Positions 23,173-34,909 of a stretch of DNA of 64,000 nt are shown here, one piece after another. The notes under the pieces were generated by a model. That model did no database searches. It saw only the letters and a program-made list of their open reading frames with translations, and had not been told where the DNA came from. The stretch spans positions 117,151 through 181,150 of the forward strand of contig BCKQ01000016.1 of NCBI GenBank assembly GCA_001600695.1. The letters run 5' to 3'. Each line of letters opens with the position of its first letter. Position 1 is the first letter of the stretch. Source of the stretch: Ascoidea asiatica JCM 7603. Its lineage: Eukaryota > Fungi > Ascomycota. Made by a program: the position numbers and the translations under genes.

Positions 23173-23296
23173 TTTATATTCTTGTCTTTTGTCTTTTGTC
23201 TTTTGTCTTTTGTCTTTTTGCTATTTATTAATTTTTAGCTATTGTATTATAATTATTCGCTTATATATCTATATAATCTATATATCATATAAAATA

Positions 23297-24544
23297 TTAA
23301 ATATTTAAACCTTTTTGAATAGTGAAATCTTTAATTAATTCAGATGTTGTACCAACTTCTAAATCTTTACAAAATCCATTAATACTTGCAGAAATTAATA
23401 AATTATTAAATCTTGATGGTTCATTTGGTAATTTAAATATTGATTTCCAATCATTTTCTAAATCAATATTATTATTACTACTATTACCCTTTTTATCTAA
23501 TAAATTTTCTGCTTTAGATTTAATTTTCCATTGTTGAATTTTAATTAATTCTCTTGATAATTGTCTTTGATAATAATTAAAATTATTTAAATCATAATTA
23601 AATGAATCAATTGAATCAAATAATTTATCTATAATTGTTGGTAAATATTTACTATTTGATAAATTTAATGTATTAAAATTATCTTTAAAAATTTCATTAT
23701 TATTATTACTTTCATTGTTAAATTCATATTCAAATTCATTTCCATTTTTATTATCAATTTCATTATCATTATCAAAGTTATTATTATTATTATTATTGTT
23801 GGTATTACCATTATTAATACTCTTATTATTTAAATCATGTAACATTAATGAAATTAAATTTGAATTTTTAATTTTAACTTTTAATTCTTCAAAAATATTT
23901 AAATAATTTAATTCATTTTTTAATAATATTTCACTATTAAATTTATTTGTATTATTTAATGAATTTTTATAAACATTTAAAAAATTTAAACTTAATCTAA
24001 AAGCTCTAATTGATAAAATTCCATTATTATTCATTTTTGAAGAATCATGAATAATTAAAATTGAATTTGGATTAATATTTTGTAAAGATAATAAACTATC
24101 AATAATTTGATTATTAAAAAAATTTGTTGAAATTGAACATTGATACCATCCAATAAATTGAGATGGTACTCCAGTATCTTTTAATAAATCAAATAATTCA
24201 TTTTGAAATTTTTGATTTGATCTTAATTTAAATGAAGAACCTTCATTTGAATCACCATATGTTAAATATGGAAAAGCTTGAGAAACGGATAAAATTTTAT
24301 CATTATCTAAACCTAATAAAGGACCAGAAACTGGTGTTGGATAATGATCTGCTGCATGTTTAACAATCTTTAATGCTACACTACTTTCAATTTCAACAAC
24401 TTTTGTAGTTGCTGGTAAATATTCTTTTAATCTATAAAAATTTTAAAATTGTTAGTTATATTTGATGATAATTTAATAATACTAAAAGTATAAGTTTAAA
24501 AAAGTACCTAAAAAATATTTAACATACTGTTTATTGGATGACAT
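23297..24544 (-). CDS. Eukaryotic translation initiation factor 3 subunit H (MPN domain), spliced: complement(join(23297..24431,24528..24544))
   Basis: ATGTCATCCAATAAACA|GTATGT donor at 24527, branch AACTAAC at 24457-24451, TAG acceptor at 24434-24432. The product MSSNKQLKEYLPATTKVVEIESSVALKIVKH...GPLLGLD...GWYQ...LIIHD...LSIRAFRLS...YYQRQLSRE...EPSRFNNLL is eIF3h-like. Confidence 0.9.
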
Positions 24545-25940
24545 CTTTCTTTTTTATTATTTGATAAGCTTCAACTGAATATAAATCCTTTCTTTCCAAT
24601 AAAAACTAGCACTATTTCTTGCAATACTTCTTTCACTTAAAGTCTTTCTTGATTTATTATTTCTTGTTACTTTCAGTGTCCTTTAATTTTGATAAATTTT
24701 CAGACTTTGTTCACTTTTTCAAATTCGCAAATTCGCAAATTCGCAATTTTCAAAACCTCACAAAATCTTCCAGCGGCACGTGACGGCTAAATCCAAAAAT
24801 CCAGAAGTGTGGATTCAATGCAATAAACACATTAATGTGCATTGTATCCACTGAACTGGTTAAGACCAAGTTCATGGATGTGCCCGTGGACCGGATATTT
24901 ACCAAGGAATTATATATTGTATAAGGTTTACAATCCTTGGACTTTTTCCATAATTCCGTGCTGTTTCCATGCTCTTCCGGTTTTTTCCGGATATTTTTTT
25001 TGTTGATTTTTCGGGCTGCCAAAAGTTGCCGACGGCTGCCGTTCTTGGCGCACAAACACGCGCTGAAAGGCGCAAAACAATGCAGGATTACTCGGACCCG
25101 CTGCCGAGCGAGTATGGAAGTCTGCAATCAGCCCTCTTAATTCAGTACATTATTCTTATCAATTTCAATGTTAGTACTGTAATTCCCCTGCTGTATTCAA
25201 AACATTTCTTTTATCCTCCATCCTTCCACTCAAAACATTTCTTAGGGTCTTTTTTTGTTTTCACCAAATCCAACAATTTTATTTTGTGTTGGTTTTGATT
25301 CGATTTTGTGAAATGAAAATGAAAAAAAAAAAAAAAAAAATTTCATCGAAGAAGCTAAAAACAGACAAAAATCTGATTCAAATCTGATTCAAATCTAATT
25401 GAAATTTAGAAAATTTCATTTATTTGGCTTTGATTTGTTCCATTTGCTGCTAGTCTTTTGAAACTTGACTGAATTCCAACAATTAGAATTAGAACTAGAA
25501 TTGAAATTGGAATTGGAATTGGAACTCGAATTGCGAGAGCCGAATATAAAGAAATAATTCAGCGAAGAAATACTGGAAATATTATTATTATTTTCAGGTT
25601 TGTAAATGAATGACAACAAACTTCTTTACTCGAGATTATTCGAATAATCTCGACTGAGCTTGGATCAAATTCCCAATCAGTTCAAAAAGTGTCGTATCAA
25701 CCTTAATCTCGTTTCTGGAAATTTGTTCCTATTCAATTTCAACCTTTTTTAATTGTAATATTCTCTTGTTATAAAAAGCTGGAATTTTTCACTTTCATTC
25801 AATTCAATAACTGAATTTATTATTTCTCTTAAACCCACCCTGCATTTAACTGTATAAATACTCTTAGAACTCTTCATTCTTTTAAGTATTTGATAAAATA
25901 AAATATATAAAATATATATTCATTTATAAATTCAATTAAA

Positions 25941-27113
25941 ATGTCGAATTCTGAGTCAAATTTAAATTTATCCTCTTCAAAACACAATTTAAATTTCTTT
26001 CTAGGAAAACCAACTAAAGAAATTTGGAAATGGCCAAAGGATATTGATTATCCATCACCTCCATATCCATTAAATTATAATAATTTAACAATTTCAATTT
26101 ATAACTTTTTTTTAAATTCAAAGACTCCAATTTCAATTGCTTTAGTTTATTTCACTTCTGTTCATTTAATTAATAATATTATAAGAAAAAAACAATTGAA
26201 AAAATTTAATAAACTAAATAATAATAACATTAATAATAACAACAATAAAAATCTAGATTTAAAAAAATTACCAAGTGTTCCAAGTAATTTCAGTAAAACT
26301 AAAACTTTCAAAGTTTTAACCATTTTACATAATATTTTCTTATGTATTTTTTCAATTTGGTCTTTTTATAATATGTTAAAAGTTATAAATTTCTCAAAAA
26401 AAAATGTAACTTCAATTTTTCAAAATTTAATCAATTCTGCAACTACAACTACAACTACATCTGCATTTTCAACTGATTCAAATTCTTTTTCACCTTCAAC
26501 AATAACTTCAAATATTAATAATGTATTCTGGACTGCAATTTGTGATTTAGATCAAGGTATTTGGAATATTAATTCAAAAGGTTTAAATTTTTATGCTTTT
26601 TGGTTTTATTTATCTAAATATTATGAAATCTTTGATACAATTATAATATTATTAAAAGGTAAACCTTCTTCATTATTACAGTCTTATCATCATTCTGGTG
26701 CAATGTTATCAATGTGGGCTGGTGTTAGATTTGCTTCTCCTCCAATTTGGATCTTTGTTGTTTTCAATTCTTTTATTCATTCTTTAATGTATTTCTATTA
26801 TACTTTATCAATCTTAAAAATTAAAGTACCAAAGATTTTTAAACAATCTTTAACAACTTTGCAAATTATACAATTTATCACCGGTGGTTCTTTAGCTTTC
26901 TTACATTTCTTTGTAAATTATAGAGATATTTCAAATAATATCAAAGAATTCAATTATTGTATTAAAGATGGTGCTCAAGCAATGGCTCTTTGGATTAATA
27001 TTTTTTATTTATTTCCTTTAACTATTTTATTTGCAGCTTTTTGGATTGATAGTTATGTTCGTCGTCAATCAAATCCAATTCGTGTAAGTAATCAAGAGAA
27101 AAAAAAACTATAA
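25941..27113 (+). CDS. GNS1/SUR4 (ELO) family fatty acid elongase, QxxHH subtype
   Basis: FYLSKYYEIFDT, LQSYHH, NSFIHSLMYFYY and TTLQIIQF motifs; C-terminal KKKL ER-retrieval-like signal. Confidence 0.92.
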   Translation: MSNSESNLNLSSSKHNLNFFLGKPTKEIWKWPKDIDYPSPPYPLNYNNLTISIYNFFLNSKTPISIALVYFTSVHLINNIIRKKQLKKFNKLNNNNINNNNNKNLDLKKLPSVPSNFSKTKTFKVLTILHNIFLCIFSIWSFYNMLKVINFSKKNVTSIFQNLINSATTTTTTSAFSTDSNSFSPSTITSNINNVFWTAICDLDQGIWNINSKGLNFYAFWFYLSKYYEIFDTIIILLKGKPSSLLQSYHHSGAMLSMWAGVRFASPPIWIFVVFNSFIHSLMYFYYTLSILKIKVPKIFKQSLTTLQIIQFITGGSLAFLHFFVNYRDISNNIKEFNYCIKDGAQAMALWINIFYLFPLTILFAAFWIDSYVRRQSNPIRVSNQEKKKL

Positions 27114-27661
27114 CTTATAATAGATAATTGATTCCATCAATTTATCTATCGATCTATTTTCATGTTTAATTCTATATTCAAATTAAATTTTTCATATTCA
27201 TTCAATTCATTTATATATGCTAAATAAACTATGAATTGACCTTATTTTTTTTTCATTTTTTTCTTTTACAGTCTCATTTTTCATTTCTATCTTCATTATT
27301 CAATATACAAGTATGATTGTATTTGGACTTTATCATTAGTTTTCTAAAATCAAAAAAAAAAACGTTTTTTTTTTCTTCAATACATATTTTATACAAGCAC
27401 TCATTAAAACTTTTCTTCTTGCCAAAATAAAATCTCAAACTTTCATTCATATAATAATAATCAAATTGTAGTCAAACCACATACTAATATGAAATCCAAT
27501 ATACTGTAATTGAATATAGAGATGCAATTATATGTATTCTCTAAGAATACAGTCTTGACATAGCAAAAATTTCAAATTTGAAATAATGTTAGTAAAAAAA
27601 ATAGATACATACTTACCATTATTCGGATATCAAAATGTAAAGATATCACAACAAAATTATT

Positions 27662-30587
27662 CTATTTGCTTTGTCCAATTTCTTTCTGTTTTTTAACTTT
27701 TTTCCTTTCAGAAACTTTATTCAATTGCGCCCAATCAAGAAATAAATTTGGTTTCATTTTTTCTTTTCTTAATTCGGCTATTGACTCAAGTAATTTTTCA
27801 CATTCATTATTCTCATTTTTGTACAATAAAGTTTTAAGTTTACTTTTGTACTCATTAATTTCCTCTTTATTTCCTTCAGGAACACATTTTACAATTTCTG
27901 TTATAGTTTCTCCAACTAAATTAAAAGTATAATTATAATTTCCAAAAAAAAAATAAAAAAAATATTAAAGAAATGATAAATAACAAATAATTTGAATTTA
28001 AAAAAAAAACCAAACCATTCATTATTTTAATCAAAAGTTAAATATGTTTAAGTAAGTGTAAGGGGTTTTGATTATTGTTAGAAAAGTTCAACTTTTTTAT
28101 TTAAAAAAATTTGATTAAACATACCATTTAAATTCATTTCTTTGAAATGTTGAAAATTGCAAGAGGAATCATTACAGTTACCTCCACTTGACTCATTAGG
28201 ACATAAAGGTTTATCTGGATCAATTTTATTATTCCATGTTTTAGAAGTTAATTTATCTTGAAATAATGGACTAAATCTATAAGATTTAAAAACTCTTAAA
28301 GATGATTCATATGGTTTGAACTTTTGATTTTCAATCTAAATTCAATTTGTTGATGTTATATAAATTTTTTGACAAAATTTTTGTTGAAATTGTTTGGTTA
28401 GTAATTTTGAAAATCTTATTAAAGTACTAAAATCTTGATTTCATATTTTTAAGGGAAATGATGAATAAATAATTTAATATTCTTTTTATCTAATTTACTA
28501 TCAGAGATAATTGAAAAGAAAAAAAAGAGGAAGAATAAAAAAAATTAAACAAGAGGAACAGAAATACAAACCTTTGGAATATCTATCTCGAAATTTTCAG
28601 AATTATAGTTACTACTATAGTTATCATTTGTACATAACAATTCATCTTCAAACCCTTTTAAATCTATTGTACCCTTTGATATTGTATCATTTTTATTTGA
28701 AATCATTTCATTTCTAATAATATTTTCATCTTCTGAGGTTTCCTGGATTTCATGGATTTCCTCATCTTTTGGAAGTATTATTATATCTAAATCATTGTCA
28801 TTTGATTTAGATATACTTTGATTATTCATAGTTTCATCCTTTATCTTACTCATATCCTGAGAAACTTTTGGTTTAAACTCATCCATTTCTTCATCTATTG
28901 AAAGAATATATTCTTCATCACTAATAGGATGAGCTATTGAATGATTTTCTATTACTTCAGATACTTCAGATTTTGAATTTATATTAAAAGTTGAATCAAT
29001 CATTTGTGTATGTATATTTTTAATTGTACCATTTAAAACAACATTTTTATTAAAATTATGATGATTATCTGTATTAACTAAGTTAATTTTACTAGTTTCA
29101 ATTGGAAAAGTTGGTGAAATTGAAGAGTTTCTATTTATTTTTAGTATGGATAAATTTAAATCAAGATTATTAGATTTTATTTCATTTTGTTTTAGTTTTT
29201 GAATTTTTTTTCCTATTTCTTTTTGTTTAAATTCAAGTAATTTTGATTTTAATAAATTTTTTTTTAAAATTGGTAAATTAACTGATTTTTTCTTATTAAT
29301 TTGATCAAGTTTTAAATTTAAATTATTTAAAATTTTTTTATTATATAATAAGCTTTCATTTAAATTTTTAATTTGTAATTCAATATTATTAATTAAATTA
29401 ATTTGAGATTTAATATTTGAATTAATTTCATTATATTCATTTTCAATATTATTTATTTTCTCGGTTATTTCAATTGATGAATTTTGATTTAAATTTTTAA
29501 TTGGTAATTCCGGTTTTAATTCAATTGGAGAATTTGGCTTTTTATTTTTTTGTAAATTTAAAATTGATTGTCTTAATCTTGCAATTTCTAATTCTTTTTT
29601 TTTCAATAAATCAAAGCTGTTATTATTATTATTATTATTAGTAGTATTATTAGTAGTAGTATCACTTTTTTCATCTTCAATATTTATATTCTTTTCTTCA
29701 TATTCATCTTCCTCTTCATTATCAGAGAAATAGATAATTAAATTAGATAGCCAATCATCATTTCCTAATTGTCTAAATTTTCTTTTTAAATTTATAGAAT
29801 TTACATTTTGAGTTTTTATATTGGATTGGTTATTAATTGAAGAATTAACTAATTGATCAGAAGATGATAAGTATGAAGGTTGTTGTAAAATTTCATATAT
29901 ATTTTGATTAATAGATGAAGATGTTTTTGTATTTGGGTTCAAGTTTAAATTTAAATTAGAGTTCGAGTTGAAATTTGAAGTAAAATTTGAGTTTGGATAA
30001 ACCAAATTATTAAAGTCTTTATTATATTCAGTTTCTTGTCTCATCTCTTGGGTATCCTGGATATCTTGGATATCCTGAGTTTCCTGAATATCCTGTATGT
30101 TTTGCATGTTTTGTATATCCGGATAATACTGATCATCTTGATCATCCTGATCATTGTTAAATTCAAAATTTTCTGTATTTTCTGTATTTTCCATATTTTC
30201 TTGATCATTTTCATCAATAGAAGATTCATAGTCAAAGGGCAAATTTAATTTCTTAAAACAATAAATTAAAGAATTTTTATCTTTTAAATTACAGTATTGT
30301 AAAATATGATTGAAATCATAACCTAAATTATATAAATCTAAAACTGCTTCATAAATTGGGTTTCTCAATTGTCTTTTTTTTTTGAATAAAATAAGATATG
30401 GATTATTTATTTCTGATTGTGATGATATATTCAAAGAATTATTAATATTAACTGTATCAGTATCATTGGAATAATTAATATTTGAATTATTGATATTTGC
30501 AGTGTTTATAATATTTCTTATGTCGGCGGTTAAGGAATTATGATCAGAATCGTTAGCAAAGTTTAAGTTTCTTGAAAGAGTATCCAT
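27662..30587 (-). CDS. Red1/ZFC3H1-like zf-C3H1 protein, spliced: complement(join(27662..27915,28125..28335,28572..30587))
   Basis: Intron 1: GTTTGT(28571)...TACTAAC(28403-28397)...TAG(28336), phase 0. Exon 2 encodes YESSLRVFKSYRFSP...KIDPDKPLCPNESSGGNCNDSSCNFQHF. Intron 2: GTATGT(28124)...TAG(27916), phase 1. Exon 3 stays in frame to TAG at 27664-27662. Confidence 0.8.
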
Positions 30588-30806
30588 TGGGAGTAAATTT
30601 GAAAATGTTATTACTGATTGATAGGATTGTTTGAGTAGTTCATTATAGTGTTTTCTATGTAATTTTTAATATTAAAAGCAAGAGAATAAAGAAAAAAAAA
30701 CTAAAGAAATTAAAAAATCAAACGATTTAATCTATTATTTAATTATTTTATCATTTTATTATTTTATCCATTTATAAAATTGAGTAATTTAAAAACTCAA
30801 AAGCGG

Positions 30807-30928
30807 TCACATGACGTATCATGTGATTTGTGATTAAGTAATCAATTACCTAATCCGATTATATAATTCATTACGTAATTTGATTACATAAGCAATTACG
30901 TAACACTGCTTACTAATCCCTTACCTAA
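30807..30928. promoter_or_regulatory. Inverted TCACATGA pair followed by a periodic TTAnnTAA (bZIP/Yap-like) array
   Basis: TCACATGA-CGTA-TCATGTGA (30807-30826), then eight TTA(N1-2)TAA units starting at 30834, 30846, 30859, 30871, 30884, 30896, 30910 and 30921. Confidence 0.55.
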
Positions 30929-31802
30929 TTTTGCATCAGGGTCGGAATAAACAGTTGTTTCCAGCAGGGAGTGAATCTGAACACGCCCTGCTTCTGCTTT
31001 TTCTTCTTCTCCTGAGCAAGAGTCGAGTAACAAACTCACCTTTCACTATGAAAACAAGTGCTGAAGCGAAGTGACTAACCGTAATCAATCAATAAATCAA
31101 TACTAAATCAATTAACCACTCCAAGCAAGTGTTTATTTAAACCTTTATTTATTTATTATTTATTATTTATTATTTATTATTTGCTATTATTCATATATTT
31201 ATTTCTTTAACACTGTATTGATTGACTGATTGACTGATTGATTGATTCAAGTTTTTTAAAGATATTTATTCAAAATCCAACAATTTTATTTCAGATTCAC
31301 CAAATAAATATTATTCGATTATCCTTTTTATCCTTTTTATCCAATTTATCCAATTTATCCTATTAATCTTTTTATTAATTTAATATCTGATTTACTTTGA
31401 TTTTAACATAGTAAAAAAAAATTGATTATTTCTGATTTTCTCTAACAATTAACTACAATTAATTACAAATAATTACAAATTCTCCAATTATTCAAGTTCT
31501 TTTTCATTATTTCAATAAGTAATATAATCTGAATCAAAATTGCGACTGTAGTTGATATTATCAATATTACTTTCTGAGAAAAGGGGTATTCAATTCAAAA
31601 ATTAACAATAATTTACAATAATTAAGATAATATCTTTCATATCTATTTCCAATTACAATTAATATTCCAATTACAATATCAATTAAAGTATTAGTATCAA
31701 ATACAATTAAAATATTAATATTAGAATCAATATCAATATCAATATCAATAATAAGATAAATCTCAATCTTTAAATTCCACTTATTCTTTCAATCTTTCAA
31801 AA

Positions 31803-32332
31803 ATGCCATTAGGTTTAAAAGTGCCAAAGCTAACTTGTATGTTTTAAATATTAATTTACTATTAATTCCTCTTCCTTTAACATTATTTGTTACTACTATT
31901 ATTATTACTATTATTATTATTAACATTAGGTATTCAATTATTTAGCTAAGTATTGATACCTATCCTTATTTTATTATTCTACTACTTTATTATATCATAT
32001 TATTATATTATTATATTATTTATATTATTACTATTATATCGTATTATAAAATTATAATACTTTACCAAACTTACTTACTTTATAACTTTACTACTCTACC
32101 TCTTTCATTATTTTTATATTATTTAATATTCTTTTATCCTTTTATAAATTATCTTACTTTTTTTCATTCTCCATTTTTCTTTTTTATATTTATATTTATA
32201 TTTACATTTACATTTACATTTACATTTACATCCACTTCATTTATCTTTATATTTATATATATATATATAAATATTTTCAAATATTCCTTATTATTTGAAC
32301 ATTTAAATAATAATAATAATAATAACAATAAC

Positions 32333-32367
<35 letters not shown>

Positions 32368-33960
32368 CAATTACAAATTAATTAACATATTTGATTTAAA
32401 GTCAATTTTACTAACAATCTCCTAATTATGTTTTCATTTATGCCTTCAGCTATAACTTCATCATCATCTTCTAAAATTGATAATTCAAATACAAATACAT
32501 CTTCATCCAATTCAAATATAAATAATAAAAATGATATTAATAATAATATAATCAATAGTACGAATAATAATCAAACTTTAAATTCAAATAATATTCAATC
32601 TGATAAAAAAATAATATTAAATGATGAAGAAATAAATATTGATGATATAGATGAAATGGATGATCAAGGTCAATCAATTCTTATGGGTATTATATCTCAA
32701 TTAAGACCAGGTTGTGATTTAAGTAGAATTACTTTACCAACTTTTATACTTGAAAGAAAATCAATGTTAGAAAGAATTACAAATCAATTACAAAATCCAA
32801 ATTTAATTATTCAAGCTTCAATTACAATTGATCCAATTGAAAGATTTTTATTAGTACTTAAATGGTATTTATCTGGTTGGCATATTGCTCCAAAAGCTGT
32901 TAAAAAACCTTTAAATCCAGTTTTAGGTGAATATTTTACTTCTTATTGGAATATTCCAATTGATAATTCAAATAATACTCAATCTGCTTTTTATATTAGT
33001 GAACAAACTTCTCATCATCCTCCAAAATCTTCTTATTATTATAGTATTCCTGAATCTCATATTAGAGTTGATGGTATTTTAATTCCAAAATCTAAATTTT
33101 TAGGTAATTCTTCTGCTGCAATTATGGAAGGTTTATCAATTTTAAAATTTTTAAATATTAAAAATAAAAATTTTAATAATCAATCTGAATTTTATACTTT
33201 AACTCAACCAAATGTTTATGCAAGAGGTATACTTTTTGGTAAATTAAAATTAGAATTAGGTGATCATTTAATTTTAAAATGTCCTTATAATAATTTAACT
33301 GCAGATATTGAATTTAAAACTAAAGGTTTTATTTCTGGAACTTATGATGCAATTTTTGGTTATATTAAAGATACAAAATCAAATAAAAATTTATTTGAAT
33401 TTTCTGGTAAATGGAATAATGTTATTTTTTTTAAAGATTTAAGATCTCCTTTAAATAAGAAAAAAATCTTTTTAAATGTTAATAATTCAATTAATTTAAA
33501 ACCAAATGTTAGACCAATTAATGAACAAGGAGAATTTGAATCAAGAAGATTATGGTTAAATGTTTGTAATGCTTTAAGTAAAAGAAATCATGAATTAGCA
33601 ACTGATGAAAAATTTAAAATTGAAAATGAACAAAGAGAATTAGCTAAAAAAAGAATTGAAGATGATATAGAATTTCATCCAAAATTATTTAAAAAAAATA
33701 CAAATTTTAATCCAGCAGATTTAACTTCATTTTCTTCACCAACTGATAATATTGTTACTAATAATGATCCATTAAATGCTATGGAATATATTTTATATAA
33801 AAATATTAAAGATGATGATAACCCTGAAGATCAAATTAAATCAATTTTATCAGTTGCTCCAATTTTACCTGGACAAACTTTTAATCCAGAATTTGAAATA
33901 CCAGCATTTCAAAAACATACCAATGAAAATCAATTAACTGAATCAAAGGTATTAAATTAA
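31803..33960 (+). CDS. OSH7: Oxysterol-binding protein homologue, Osh6/Osh7 type, spliced: join(31803..31836,32450..33960)
   Basis: Exon 1 MPLGLKVPKLT+T|GTATGT (31837), TACTAAC at 32409, CAG ending at 32449; the frame is restored. QLRPGCDLSRITLPTFILE, KKPLNPVLGE and EQTSHHPP motifs. OSH6 vs OSH7 naming is arbitrary in pre-WGD yeasts. Confidence 0.9.
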
Positions 33961-34909
33961 TTAATATAAATATTAACATAAATATTTTTTATTAAGCTAT
34001 TTATAATATTCAAATAACTAACTATTAATATCATTTTAATAATATAATATATAATAGACCAACCTAAATTAAAGCTTGAAGAGAGTTCAACAAAAATATT
34101 TATTTCAAATATTAGATAATGTTTTTGAAACTTTTTTAAATCATTAAACTACTAAACTACTAAACTACTAAACTACTTTTTTAACTACTTTTTTTTGACC
34201 AATTCTTTTTTTTTTTATAATTGTTTTTCTAATTTTGAGTTCAAATGTTTTTGTTATTTAAATTTCGATTCTCTCTTTTTTTTTTAATATATAAAGAATT
34301 ATTTATTGTTTTATTTTTGAATTATTTTATTACTTACTTACTATATCTAACTTTTTCTTTGAAAAATAATCTTTTTAGTTACTTTTTTTTTTTTTTTTTT
34401 TCTTATATAAACTTATCTACTTAGTAATTGAATATATTATAATATAAATGAAAAATTAAAGCCAAAGTCAAAAAAAAAAAATAAAAAACGTAATGTTAAT
34501 GCTTTAGAATCAATTGAATTTTAGATTTTAAATTTTAGATTTGAATAATTTAGGAGAGTTTCGAAATGATTCTGAGTAAATAAAAAATAATATTAAATGT
34601 AATAAATGTAATAAATATGCTTTATCGTAACGTTTAGGAAATTATTTAAATAAAAAATCCCCTTTTTATAAAATTGTTGAGTAAATTGAAGTTAAAATTG
34701 AAAAAGAAACAGAGTTAATTTTAAATTGTAATTAATTTATTACTTTTTAAAAAAAAAAAATTAAAAAGAAGTAAGAAGTCAAATAAATTATGAATGAAAT
34801 TTGAATGACACTAGACTAATGAATATATATATATATAAATATACTGTAGATAAAGAATATAAATTTATAAGAATGATTTTAGACATAGATTTTGTTTATT
34901 TAAAAATAG

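Noticed and set aside
27609-27650. ATACTTACC on the + strand, resembling the 5' end of U1 snRNA
   Set aside because: No U1 stem-loop I follows and it would run antisense into the Red1-like exon 3. It is better explained as the complement of a minus-strand 5' splice site paired with a nearby TACTAAC.
30806-30827. RTCACRTG motifs (also near 1036 and 40432) as point-centromere CDEI
   Set aside because: No CDEII/CDEIII at the correct spacing and orientation; they lie in promoters and fit bHLH (Cbf1-like) sites.
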